Shown here one piece after another: positions 1 to 9,122 of a DNA stretch of 64,000 nt (positions within the stretch are counted from its first letter, which is position 1; every line of letters starts with the position of its first letter). The DNA is from Candidatus Saccharicenans sp. Its GTDB lineage: Bacteria > Acidobacteriota > Aminicenantia > Aminicenantales > Saccharicenantaceae. The notes beneath the pieces were generated by a model. It worked only from the letters and a program-made list of their open reading frames with translations. It had not been told where the DNA came from and made no database searches. The position numbers and the translations under genes are program-made. The stretch lies in assembly GCA_030017715.1 (NCBI GenBank), contig JASEIU010000001.1, positions 1,520-65,519 on the forward strand, given 5' to 3'.

Positions 1-1676
1 CCGCCAGGCCCACTGAGATCGAACTCGGCCACCTCAGACAGGCTCTGCAGCAGGTCGGGGCCCAGATTCCCGATACCCTCACCAGGGGCTCTCTGGTTCA
101 CGGCGTGCTTAAGGCAGCCGGGGCTGAAGGTTCACTTCGCCAGATAGAAGGGCGCCAGTTTGAAACGGATTATTTCCGCTATCTGGTCACCCTCGACTGG
201 TTTCGCTGCCTTGACAAGAATGAGCGAAGCAACGATGAGCCTTACTTCGGCCTCCTGACCACGCTGCCTCAGTTCGACCCCGGCGACACGAATTATTTCA
301 GGTTTTTAAAAGATGGCTGCCTCAATCGGTTGGACTCTTATGTTACCCGTACCTACGGCGGGGTCAAAAAGAATACTGACCATGGAATTAAAGGTGACGA
401 CCGGGTCGTATTTGATTACCTAAATTTTAACAGCCCGATTTCCTTTACCATAGACCTATGGGAGGAAGATTACAGCAAGGGAGCAGTATCGGACGCCTTC
501 CGGAACATGGCCGTCGACATCATGCTCAAGATTAAGAATGATATCAAGGCCGCGGTGATGAGCCAGATTCAGGCCTATATCGCCGATGCCATCCTGAGTT
601 CCAGCGGAGTGAGCACCTCGGGTGCCATGCAGTTGCTCGACCAGATTTTTACCGGCAGTTTGAGCTTAGCCGATTTTCAGCGGATGCTGTTTAACCTTTA
701 TTCCGGCCGGGCTTTTGATGCCAGCTGGTATTTAATTTATTTCCTGTTTTCTGGCGGCGACCTGATGCAGACCTTAGCCATGATCGGCGGCGGCTCGACG
801 GTGGTCGGGGCGGTATTGCTCGGCCTGGCCATTGTCGGCCCGGCTTTCTCCGATATGGTCAGCGCCTTCTCTTCCGGCGACGTTAATGCCGGTCTGGTCA
901 ACCTGTTCAAGATCATCACCGTGGTGCCGCTTCTGGTTGATTTCTTCGGGACGATCATCAGATCTCTCATCAACCTTTTCAACATGCTCATGGCCCTCAT
1001 CGACCCGGACGATCATCTCGGTCAGAAAACCATAACCATCCTTCAGACTTCGGCCAGCTGGCGCCAGGATGCGGCCGACGGGGCCTGGCAGTCGAGAGAC
1101 TTTGTCGGCATGCCTGTTGATCAGGCCGACACCTATTTTGCCAGACGCGGCTACGGACCAACCAGGCTGAATAACTCTCTTATTGAAAACAATCTTTTCT
1201 GGGTTCCCTGCTTCACGATCAAAGGCAGCGATGCCGAGTATATTGTTTATTACGAGGTTTTCCGGGAAAAAGCCGGCGGCCGGACCACCTTCGGATTTTA
1301 TTTTCCGGACCAGCCTAAGTACAATGCTAAGAATTTCAGGTATCAGAGCAAGTCTTCCGCCGGTGCCTGGTGGCAGAATATCCTCAGGGTTTCAGTGATG
1401 AGTCTGAATACCGAGGAAACGCCACTGATTTTTATCATAGATAAAAGGACAGGTAGGACCTATTCCAATCTTGAGTCAGGTAATTCTTTTGAATTTGAGG
1501 CCAATCCCGGCACTGACTATGACATCTGGGTGATGAAGCTGAGCGGAGGAGAGCAGGCCGGTTATGTTTCCATATATGAAGGACCAACCATAGATGTTAA
1601 ATGCCCCGAAGCCCGGATAGGCAACGGTTCAGGAGCCGGCCAGCCGCCCGGTTCCCGCCGGACCCACTTAAAGTAG
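1..1676 (+). CDS. 5'-partial hypothetical membrane protein (G/A/S-rich, glycine-zipper-like transmembrane helices); family not recognised
   Basis: The reading frame is open from the window edge, with no stop from position 3. The GTG at 105 is only the tool-assigned start, so the gene probably begins upstream of the window. Long hydrophobic G/A/S-rich segments occur around aa 225-300. No motif I can name. Confidence 0.5.
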   Translation, partial: ARPTEIELGHLRQALQQVGAQIPDTLTRGSLVHGVLKAAGAEGSLRQIEGRQFETDYFRYLVTLDWFRCLDKNERSNDEPYFGLLTTLPQFDPGDTNYFRFLKDGCLNRLDSYVTRTYGGVKKNTDHGIKGDDRVVFDYLNFNSPISFTIDLWEEDYSKGAVSDAFRNMAVDIMLKIKNDIKAAVMSQIQAYIADAILSSSGVSTSGAMQLLDQIFTGSLSLADFQRMLFNLYSGRAFDASWYLIYFLFSGGDLMQTLAMIGGGSTVVGAVLLGLAIVGPAFSDMVSAFSSGDVNAGLVNLFKIITVVPLLVDFFGTIIRSLINLFNMLMALIDPDDHLGQKTITILQTSASWRQDAADGAWQSRDFVGMPVDQADTYFARRGYGPTRLNNSLIENNLFWVPCFTIKGSDAEYIVYYEVFREKAGGRTTFGFYFPDQPKYNAKNFRYQSKSSAGAWWQNILRVSVMSLNTEETPLIFIIDKRTGRTYSNLESGNSFEFEANPGTDYDIWVMKLSGGEQAGYVSIYEGPTIDVKCPEARIGNGSGAGQPPGSRRTHLK

Positions 1677-1826
1677 CATCGGTTCAGATTCTTAAGAAAG
1701 GGCCTAATAAAAACAATATCGGAACAGGTCTCTTGTTCAGACCGCAGATATCCGCCGATAGTTTTGTTGATAGCTTTTCGGCTGGTTTGATTATTATCGT
1801 TCTCTGGCTTTTATTTCTTTGAGCTT

Positions 1827-2597
1827 TTAACCCTTAACTTTTTTGTATCCGGACGGTGGCTCGTAGGTTCCCTCGGGGGCAGCCTGTTCTTTGAATTCCA
1901 GCAGCTCGGTGCTTGATTTTACTTCGGTGTTCATAACATTGGTGGTATTTAACTGGAGGACGATAACTCCCTTAATTTTGGACATTTCCTTATAAATTTT
2001 GTCAATCATTTTTTCAAAACCCGGACTTCCGGCCATCATGGCGTTGGTCAGCATCAGATAGCTCTTCCAGTCAATCTTAAGCTCCTCTGTGGCCCAGACC
2101 ACAGATTTAACATCACCCATGGCCATTTTGGTATCGAGGAGGTACTTGCGGCAGTTCCAGCTGCCGATTTTCTGCTTTTCATTGGTCGGGGTCACCTTGA
2201 CTTCCATGCTCTCGGCAAAAGCTTCGGCCATTTCCTGAGCCAGGGCGGCAGCTTCTTCGGCTTCTTTTCCCTTATCGGCCACGTTTTCATCGATCATCTG
2301 TTTGATGTTGAGCGGCATCTCCTGATAGGTCTTTTTCTTGTGGTCGATTTTGTAAAGAAGCCCTTTGTCCATTCTCATGATGGTGGTTTGCTGGTCGCCG
2401 GTGTCGTTCCTTGATCTGTCCTTGCCTATCCAGATAACCGTGATTTCATCTTTGGCCGGCTGAGTCATGCCCATCATCTTCAGGGCGTCGGTATGAGTCT
2501 TCTGCTTCATGTAAATATCGGCCCGCAGCCCGGCAGCCGTCAGGAGCAGAAAACAGGCCAGCGCGGCTCCGACAATCAGGATGCTTTTTGGTTTCAT
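1827..2597 (-). CDS. secreted hypothetical protein (signal peptide)
   Basis: The ATG at 2597 (MKPKSILIVGAALACFLLLTAAG) is preceded by AAGGAGG 5 nt upstream. The tool ORF extends 7 codons further with no ribosome-binding site. A hydrophobic signal sequence is present; no recognisable catalytic motif. Confidence 0.6.
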   Translation of the reverse strand: MKPKSILIVGAALACFLLLTAAGLRADIYMKQKTHTDALKMMGMTQPAKDEITVIWIGKDRSRNDTGDQQTTIMRMDKGLLYKIDHKKKTYQEMPLNIKQMIDENVADKGKEAEEAAALAQEMAEAFAESMEVKVTPTNEKQKIGSWNCRKYLLDTKMAMGDVKSVVWATEELKIDWKSYLMLTNAMMAGSPGFEKMIDKIYKEMSKIKGVIVLQLNTTNVMNTEVKSSTELLEFKEQAAPEGTYEPPSGYKKVKG

Positions 2598-2668
2598 AAA
2601 TTCCTCCTTTTTCTCCATTTATTTCTTAATGGCTGTTGCCACCTTAAGGTTTTTTTCTTAATTAATTT

Positions 2669-3304
2669 TTACTCAATGACGATCCAGGTTTCGGTTGAGG
2701 CTCTTTTATCGGAGTTAGCGTCATGAACCGTGGTGATGATCTTGTAATTACCGGCCGTAAAACCGCTGAAGTTGTAGTTGAAGGTGAGAGCCACTTCTTT
2801 ATTGGGGTGCCAGGACTTAAAAGGCAGATCGGCAAACCTCTCCTGGCCGCCTAAGATTTCTCCGTCTTCAGCGACCAGTTGAAAATCAGCCAGGAACCGG
2901 AACTGATAAGACCCATCTTCGTTCTTGGTGATTTTGTATCCTGCCGGCTCCAGGTAAAGATATATGGTTTCGCCGTCTGAATAGACGTTGTCTTCTTCCG
3001 GTTCATACACCCCGTAAGTGTTATTCTGTCCTTTGACCAGCCGGACGTTGGCCAGGATCAGGGGGGCTTCCTCCCAGACTTTATCTCTGATGGCTTCAGC
3101 TTTCTCCAGGGCTTTCAGGTAATCGCTGTCTTTAAGTTCTGCCAGAAGAGATTGGTAAAGAGAATCGTAGGCTTCCATTGCCGGGCCCGAGACAGAAGTT
3201 GCAGGTTCAGTTATTTCAGACGTCTTTTCTGACTGTCTGGAACAGTCGGAAAAGAAGAAAAACAAAAAAAGCAAGGAGAATCCCGCGGCCAGAAATCTTT
3301 TCAT
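2669..3304 (-). CDS. lipoprotein, hypothetical
   Basis: N-terminus MKRFLAAGFSLLFLFFFFSDC has a lipobox Cys. An AAGGAGGAAAC ribosome-binding site lies immediately upstream of the ATG. No known domain recognised. Confidence 0.6.
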   Translation of the reverse strand: MKRFLAAGFSLLFLFFFFSDCSRQSEKTSEITEPATSVSGPAMEAYDSLYQSLLAELKDSDYLKALEKAEAIRDKVWEEAPLILANVRLVKGQNNTYGVYEPEEDNVYSDGETIYLYLEPAGYKITKNEDGSYQFRFLADFQLVAEDGEILGGQERFADLPFKSWHPNKEVALTFNYNFSGFTAGNYKIITTVHDANSDKRASTETWIVIE

Positions 3305-3765
3305 GGTTTCCTCCTTCCTTCGCGGGCTATCTTGTACTTATTTGATTATAAAATGATTTTAAATGTCAAATTTTTAGCCGGGTTGGGGTTGCCGCCGGCA
3401 TCCAAGTTCTGGGTAATACCTGAAGGACCCGGCTCTGCCGGTCGCCGGATGATAGTGCGGCGTTATCAGGCCGCTTGTGAGAAATCCTGGAGCGCCCCGA
3501 GAAGACTTTCATCCCCGTCATACGGCAATCAAAACGGAGTCATTAGCTTTCATTTTAATCATATATAGATTAGAACAGAATCTTCCGGCCTCCTATATTG
3601 AAGCTTATCCTTGTTGAATCGAAACAGGGATATTTCAGTTATACCTTTAGACGGGGAGCCTTGCGTTAGCTCTGAGGAATTATATGTTGAAGGGGACAAG
3701 AACCTGGTCTTATAATTCTGGTATCTGAGATTCTCCTTGAGATTGCAACCTTTATGGAGGGGAAA

Positions 3766-4749
3766 ATGAGCAAAGGAGCTTTCTTAAAGCTATCCCGGCC
3801 TGGTTTAGCGCTCTTTTTTATTGCCCAGCTAATTTTTATAAATTACCTCCTGTCCGGGCAGCAGGCCGGTGGCGAGAACGTCCAGGTTAATGAGGTGGTC
3901 AGGGCCAGAATTGGTTCCGGAGCTGAGGATCTGGGGGTCGTCACTCCGCAGGAAGCCAATCCTGAAGGGCCGATGAGTTTTGCCGTCAGTCACGCCGGAG
4001 AAATATATGTTCTCGACCAGCTCAACTCCAGAATTCAGGTTTTTAAGGACGGTCGATGGCTGCGCTCTATTCCTATCCCCGGAGAGACTTACTGCGACCT
4101 GGAAATCATGTCCGATGGCCGAATTGCCCTTCTCGATAACCTGATAAGGCAGGAAGTTATAATGATCAATTCCCGCGGGCAGGCAGAAGAAAAAATATCT
4201 TTGAGACGGCCGGAGATAGCGGAGCCGGCAGCCGTTACCGGCATTTACTGCCGGAGCGAAGGGCTGTGGCCAGGCCTGTGGGCTGAAGCGGAAAACAGGT
4301 TTATTTTGCTGACCGGACTCGATGGCAAGCCTGCGGCCGAGGTGAAGGTACTGCCCGGTCTTCTTACCCCGAGCGGGCGAAGATTGCTAAAAATTGAAAT
4401 GGCTGGCGAAAAGCAGGTCAGACTCTTTTGCTCAGAAGAGGATTTTCAGACCTGGAGAAGTTATGACATCAGCTTCGGGTTGCCGGTGGGGATTATCTAC
4501 GGGCCATGGAAAGACAGGGCAGGAAATCTTTACCTGGCGGCCAATATTTTTGATGTTCAGGATGAGGACAACGAAATGGTGGTCCTGGATCCTTCCGGCC
4601 AGGAGCGAAACCGGATTAAAATGGCCCTGTCCTCGGGAATTCACGAAGTTTTGAAGCCTGTGCTGGTTACGCCCGACGGTTTGATTTACCAGATGGCTAT
4701 TGAGCCTGAAAAAAACCTTGTTGTCATACGACAATACAGAATAGATTAA
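3766..4749 (+). CDS. NHL-repeat (beta-propeller) exported protein
   Basis: GGAGGGG ribosome-binding site before the ATG at 3766 (MSKGAF...). N-terminal hydrophobic signal or anchor. Repeated units such as GEIYVLDQLNSRIQVF and GNLYLAANIFDVQDE resemble NHL repeats. Confidence 0.5.
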   Translation: MSKGAFLKLSRPGLALFFIAQLIFINYLLSGQQAGGENVQVNEVVRARIGSGAEDLGVVTPQEANPEGPMSFAVSHAGEIYVLDQLNSRIQVFKDGRWLRSIPIPGETYCDLEIMSDGRIALLDNLIRQEVIMINSRGQAEEKISLRRPEIAEPAAVTGIYCRSEGLWPGLWAEAENRFILLTGLDGKPAAEVKVLPGLLTPSGRRLLKIEMAGEKQVRLFCSEEDFQTWRSYDISFGLPVGIIYGPWKDRAGNLYLAANIFDVQDEDNEMVVLDPSGQERNRIKMALSSGIHEVLKPVLVTPDGLIYQMAIEPEKNLVVIRQYRID

Positions 4750-4762
4750 GGTTTATTCTGCA

Positions 4763-6859
4763 TCAGGAGCATTTGTTCCAGCCGCAATTGGCGCAGATCG
4801 GACATTTTTCATCTGGCAAGGTGGCCCCGCACACCGGGCAGACCTCCCGCAGCAGGTCCCGGTTGTTTTCTTTAACTTCGCCTAAGTGACGTTCGAGCAC
4901 CTTGGCCACAGCATCGGGAATCGATTGCACCAGACCGCCTTCGGTAAATACCGGCTCGCTTCCGCCAATTCCTTTTAGCTGGAGGATAACTTCCTTAGAG
5001 TCGACGCCGCTCCGCAGGGCCAGGGAAATCAGGCGGCCTATAGCTTCAGCGTCAGCCATGGTGGAATAGCCGCTTTTACCTATGGAGGTGAATACCTCAA
5101 ACGGTTTGTCGTTGAGAAAAGTTATGGTCACATAAAGGTTGCCCAGCCCGGTTTTGATCTTGTCGGTGAGCGAGGGCAGGCTGATGGGCCTTTCCCGGGG
5201 AATAAGTTTTGGTTTGCTGGTGGCGGCCGCATAGAGAACCTGCTCGGCTTTGCTGCCGTCGCGATAAATGGTTATGCCTTTTGTTCCCATCTCGTATGCT
5301 GAGAGAAAAGCCTTTTCCACATCTTCGACCGCGGCCTTGTTCGGCAGGTTGATGGTTTTCGAGACTGAATTGTCGACATATTTCTGAAAGGCCGCCTGCA
5401 TTCGGATATGACCCTCATAGGGAATCTCATGGGCGGTGACAAAGTAATCGGGTAGCGGCTCGTCAGGATGTTCTTTCTTCCAGGCTTCGTAGATCGGGTG
5501 GACGTCCCGGAGCTCGCCGTCAAGAATCTTGCTGACAAATTCAAAGGCAAAAATCGGCTCAATCGAGCTTGAACAGCCGGCAATCCGCGAAATCGTCCCG
5601 GTCGGAGCAATCGTCAGGACGGTGGCGTTGCGGCGTTTTTTACCCTTATAGATTGATTTATTGATGTTGGGGAAGCTGCCCTTGAGCTCTCCTAATTTTT
5701 CGCTTTCGAGGTCGGCGTGCTCGCGCATAAACGAAGCCAGCTTTTCGGCAAACTCCAGGGCTTCGGGCGATTCGTAGCGGAGCTTTTTCTTCAGCAGCAG
5801 GTCGGCCCAGCCCATAACACCCAGTCCGATGCGGCGGTTGGCCCGGGTCATCTCGGCAATCTGCGGGAGAGGATATTTGTTGACGTCGATCACGTTGTCT
5901 AAGAACCGAACTGCTACTTCTATCAGGCCGGCAAACCTTTCCCAGTCGAACTCCTCCGGCTTTTCCGGGTCGTAAAAATTGGAGAGGTTGATCGACCCGA
6001 GGTTGCAGGATTCATAGGGATGGAGCGGTTGTTCGCCGCAGGGGTTGGTGGCGGAGATCGGCCCCAGCTCCCGGGTGGGGTTGGACTGGTTGATGCGGTC
6101 AATGAAAATCAGGCCCGGGTCTCCGGAAGCCCAGGCTGATTCCACAATCAGCCTGAATACCTGGCGAGCCTTTTTTCGGACGGTTTTCTTCTTGAGGTAA
6201 GGATTGTAAAGCCAGTAATAACCGTCGTGCTTCAGCGCCTGCATGAATTCGTCGGTAATGGCCACCGAGATGTTGAAGTTGTTGAGTGTTTTGCCGTCGC
6301 GTTTCATGGTGACGAATTCTTCAATGTCCGGATGGTCGACGCGCAGGATGCCGATATTGGCTCCGCGCCGGGTGCCCCCCTGCTTAACCGCTTCGGTGGC
6401 GGCATCGATCACCCTGAGGAAGGAGACCGGGCCGGAAGCCACGCCCTGGGTCTTGTGGACAAAGCTGCCCTTCGGCCGGAGCTGACTGAAGTCGAAGCCG
6501 GTGCCGCCGCCTTCTTTGTGCACCAGGGCGGCGTTCTTCACCGTGTCGAATATGGATTCCATCGAATCTTCAATCGGCAGGACGAAACAGGCGCTGAGAC
6601 ACATATCGCGCCCGGCGCCGGTGAGAGTCGGGCTGTTGGGAAGAAAATCGCGGGCCATCATCGCCTGGAAAAATTTCTCGGCCCATTTCTTCCTTTCAGC
6701 CGGGGTTTTTTCGGCCGAGGCAATGTATTCCGCCACCCGGAGAAAGAGGTCGGACGGCCTTTTGTCGAGAAGCTCGCCTTTATCGTTTTTCAGGAAGTAT
6801 CGGGTTTTCAGAATTTTTATAGCGTTGGGAGAAAAACCTTCATCCTTAAGGTGAACCAT
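4763..6859 (-). CDS. nrdJ: adenosylcobalamin-dependent (class II) ribonucleoside-triphosphate/diphosphate reductase
   Basis: 698 aa. N-terminus MVHLKDEGFSPNAIKILKTRYFLKND and the central region are typical of B12-dependent RNR. C-terminal CPVCGATLPDEKCPICANCG is a zinc ribbon. AAGGAGG ribosome-binding site. Confidence 0.92.
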   Translation of the reverse strand: MVHLKDEGFSPNAIKILKTRYFLKNDKGELLDKRPSDLFLRVAEYIASAEKTPAERKKWAEKFFQAMMARDFLPNSPTLTGAGRDMCLSACFVLPIEDSMESIFDTVKNAALVHKEGGGTGFDFSQLRPKGSFVHKTQGVASGPVSFLRVIDAATEAVKQGGTRRGANIGILRVDHPDIEEFVTMKRDGKTLNNFNISVAITDEFMQALKHDGYYWLYNPYLKKKTVRKKARQVFRLIVESAWASGDPGLIFIDRINQSNPTRELGPISATNPCGEQPLHPYESCNLGSINLSNFYDPEKPEEFDWERFAGLIEVAVRFLDNVIDVNKYPLPQIAEMTRANRRIGLGVMGWADLLLKKKLRYESPEALEFAEKLASFMREHADLESEKLGELKGSFPNINKSIYKGKKRRNATVLTIAPTGTISRIAGCSSSIEPIFAFEFVSKILDGELRDVHPIYEAWKKEHPDEPLPDYFVTAHEIPYEGHIRMQAAFQKYVDNSVSKTINLPNKAAVEDVEKAFLSAYEMGTKGITIYRDGSKAEQVLYAAATSKPKLIPRERPISLPSLTDKIKTGLGNLYVTITFLNDKPFEVFTSIGKSGYSTMADAEAIGRLISLALRSGVDSKEVILQLKGIGGSEPVFTEGGLVQSIPDAVAKVLERHLGEVKENNRDLLREVCPVCGATLPDEKCPICANCGWNKCS

Positions 6860-6897
6860 GTTTACCTCCTTTTTCCGGGCTGCTGATTTATGACTAC

Positions 6898-7191
6898 TTA
6901 TCTTTTGCCTGCGGCTTTGAGTTTGCTGGCGATGGTGGCTTCTTTGTCCAGGCGGTGGTCAAGCCTGAGGTCGATATGAATCCGGCGGGCGCCCATTTCT
7001 ATTAGCTTCCGGTGGCAGTCGGAAACCAGCTTCAGGATCGACTCCAGGTCAGGGCCCTCAATCGTTGTTGACATGGCTCCGGTTTCAGAACGCAGGCCGG
7101 AGTTTTCTATGACCTTGATTACTTCTTTTACATATTGACTGACCGAAGAGCCCTCAGAAGTCGGAAAAATGGCAAATTCCGCGATTACCAT
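6898..7191 (-). CDS. YkoF/MTH1187 (DUF77) family small protein, thiamine-binding-like fold
   Basis: 97 aa. MVIAEFAIFPTSEGSSVSQYVKEVIKVIENSGL...GPDLESILKLVSDCHRKL matches the MTH1187/YkoF family pattern. Lies immediately upstream of nrdJ on the same strand (38-bp gap), so probably co-transcribed. Confidence 0.85.
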   Translation of the reverse strand: MVIAEFAIFPTSEGSSVSQYVKEVIKVIENSGLRSETGAMSTTIEGPDLESILKLVSDCHRKLIEMGARRIHIDLRLDHRLDKEATIASKLKAAGKR

Positions 7192-7488
7192 CGGGGTTTC
7201 TCCCTGTGCTTGATGTTAGCAATACCATTATAGCTTAGCTATGAAGAAATTGAAGAGGGCGGCGGCTGGCGCAAGTGAAGATCCGGGCGGGAGAATAATC
7301 ACCGCAAATAATGAGTTGTTGTTGTATTTGATTTGATAATCAGATCAGGAGGGGGCGCGATTATCAGGAGCGCCGGCAGAGCGTTGTCTGAAATTTAAGT
7401 CCTGGAAAAAGGACCCGGAGAATTGAAACGCCAGAGCTAAAATAGTATTCTTGAAAATCTAAAACCTGCTGACCGGATTATTTGGAAG

Positions 7489-8865
7489 ATGGAACTGACG
7501 CGGGAAAGAAAATTTATTCTGCTGGCTTCAACCTTAGCTTCATTTCTAACTCCGTTTATGGGCTCGGCCATGAACCTGGCTCTGCCCGGGATCGCCAGGG
7601 ATTTCAAACTGAGTGCAGTCACTCTGGGCTGGACGGTGACTGCCTATCTTTTGACGACGGCGGTTTTGCTCGTGCCGTTCGGCAAGCTGGCCGACCTGCT
7701 GGGCCGGCGGAAAGTTTTTGTCGCCGGGATCAGCCTGTTTCTGGCGGGAACGCTTTTCTGCGGGCTGGCCTTTTCCGGGCTCTGGCTGATTGTCTTCCGG
7801 GCGCTTCAGGGAATAGGCGGGGCGATGATTTTTTCCACCAGCATTGCCCTGTTGGCCTCGAATTTCCCTCCGGAAAATCGCGGCCAGGTTCTGGGAATAA
7901 ATGTTGCCGCCACCTATACCGGACTTTCTCTGGGGCCGGTGGTCGGCGGACTGCTGGTTCATTACACCGGCTGGCGAAGCGTCTTTTTCTTTTCGCTCCT
8001 GCCCGGGATGCTGGCTCTTTACCTGGTGACCAGAGCTTACCGGCCGGAGACAGCCGGGTCCGGCGACGGGTTTTCGGGATTTGATTTCAAGGGCTCGTTG
8101 ATTTATGGGGCAGCGCTGGTAAGTTTTATGCTGGGCTTTTCCAGGCTGCCGGCCGGCTATGGATTCGCTCTGGCGGCCTCAGGAATAATTCTTATGGTTC
8201 TGTTTTTCAATTTTGAAAGCCGGCAACTCCGGCCGGTGCTTGAGACTTCGCTTTTCAGGAGAAACCGGACCTTTGCCTTCTCCAATCTGGCGGCGCTGAT
8301 CAATTACAGCTCCACCTTCTCCGTGGGCTATCTTATGAGCCTTTATCTGCAGTACATCCATGGTTTTTCGCCGCGGACGGCCGGGCTGGTGCTGGTGGCT
8401 CAGCCGGTAGTCCAGGCTTTGTTTTCGCCGGCCGCTGGAAAGGCATCCGACCGGATTGAGCCGCGGATTTTAGCTTCGGCCGGCATGGGGCTGACAGCAC
8501 TGGGGCTGGTGGCCCTGGCTTTTATCCGCCCCGAAACCTCTCTGCTGTGGGTAATCCTGAGCCTGGTTTTCCTGGGCGGCGGGTTCGGGCTTTTTTCCTC
8601 TCCCAACACCAACGCGGTGATGGGTTCGGTGGAAAGCAAGAGCTACGGAGTGGCTTCGGCTGCTCTGGCTACTATGCGGATGCTCGGCCAGATGTTCAGC
8701 CTGGGAATGACAATGATGATTATGTCGGTGGTGATGGGCAACGTTCCGATTGTTCCGGGAACTTATCCGGCCTTTATGCAGAGCCTGCGCCTGACGCTGG
8801 CTGTCTTTGCCGGCCTGAATTTCCTTGGGATTTTCGCTTCCCTGGCCCGCAAAAAATCTGCGTAA
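7489..8865 (+). CDS. MFS transporter (14-TM drug:H+ antiporter DHA2-like)
   Basis: 458 aa, highly hydrophobic. Has the MFS signature GKLADLLGRRKVFV in loop 2-3 and a repeated G-rich helix pattern. Confidence 0.85.
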   Translation: MELTRERKFILLASTLASFLTPFMGSAMNLALPGIARDFKLSAVTLGWTVTAYLLTTAVLLVPFGKLADLLGRRKVFVAGISLFLAGTLFCGLAFSGLWLIVFRALQGIGGAMIFSTSIALLASNFPPENRGQVLGINVAATYTGLSLGPVVGGLLVHYTGWRSVFFFSLLPGMLALYLVTRAYRPETAGSGDGFSGFDFKGSLIYGAALVSFMLGFSRLPAGYGFALAASGIILMVLFFNFESRQLRPVLETSLFRRNRTFAFSNLAALINYSSTFSVGYLMSLYLQYIHGFSPRTAGLVLVAQPVVQALFSPAAGKASDRIEPRILASAGMGLTALGLVALAFIRPETSLLWVILSLVFLGGGFGLFSSPNTNAVMGSVESKSYGVASAALATMRMLGQMFSLGMTMMIMSVVMGNVPIVPGTYPAFMQSLRLTLAVFAGLNFLGIFASLARKKSA

Positions 8866-9122
8866 AACGGGGGACACAATACACATTTCCTGATTTTTTC
8901 CTTAGCCAGAGCCCGGGCTTCCTGCTTAATTTCTTAAAACCAACGACGCCTGCGTCCCCCAGTATTTTCCGTCCGTTATTTTTGTTTGCAGTGCAAATAG
9001 CTATGATAATTAGAATTCATATTATTCCTGAGTCTGGAATAATTACCTTGAAAACCGAGAAATGAGCATCTTTCCGTATTTATTATCTGATCGATAAACC
9101 CAATGCTAAAAAATTTAAAAAG

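Noticed and set aside
5272-6886. ORFs embedded in or antisense to nrdJ (5272-5610, 5717-5902, 6227-6886, 6243-6485, 6501-6854)
   Set aside because: They lie entirely inside a confidently identified 698-aa NrdJ gene, have no ribosome-binding sites and have Arg/Pro-rich composition. They are spurious high-GC ORFs.
6860-7488. A cobalamin riboswitch or NrdR box upstream of the B12-dependent RNR operon
   Set aside because: I looked for the B12-box (GCCACUG-like) and for NrdR-type 16-bp palindromes and found neither. Only the short GATAATC inverted repeat is present, reported separately at low interest.
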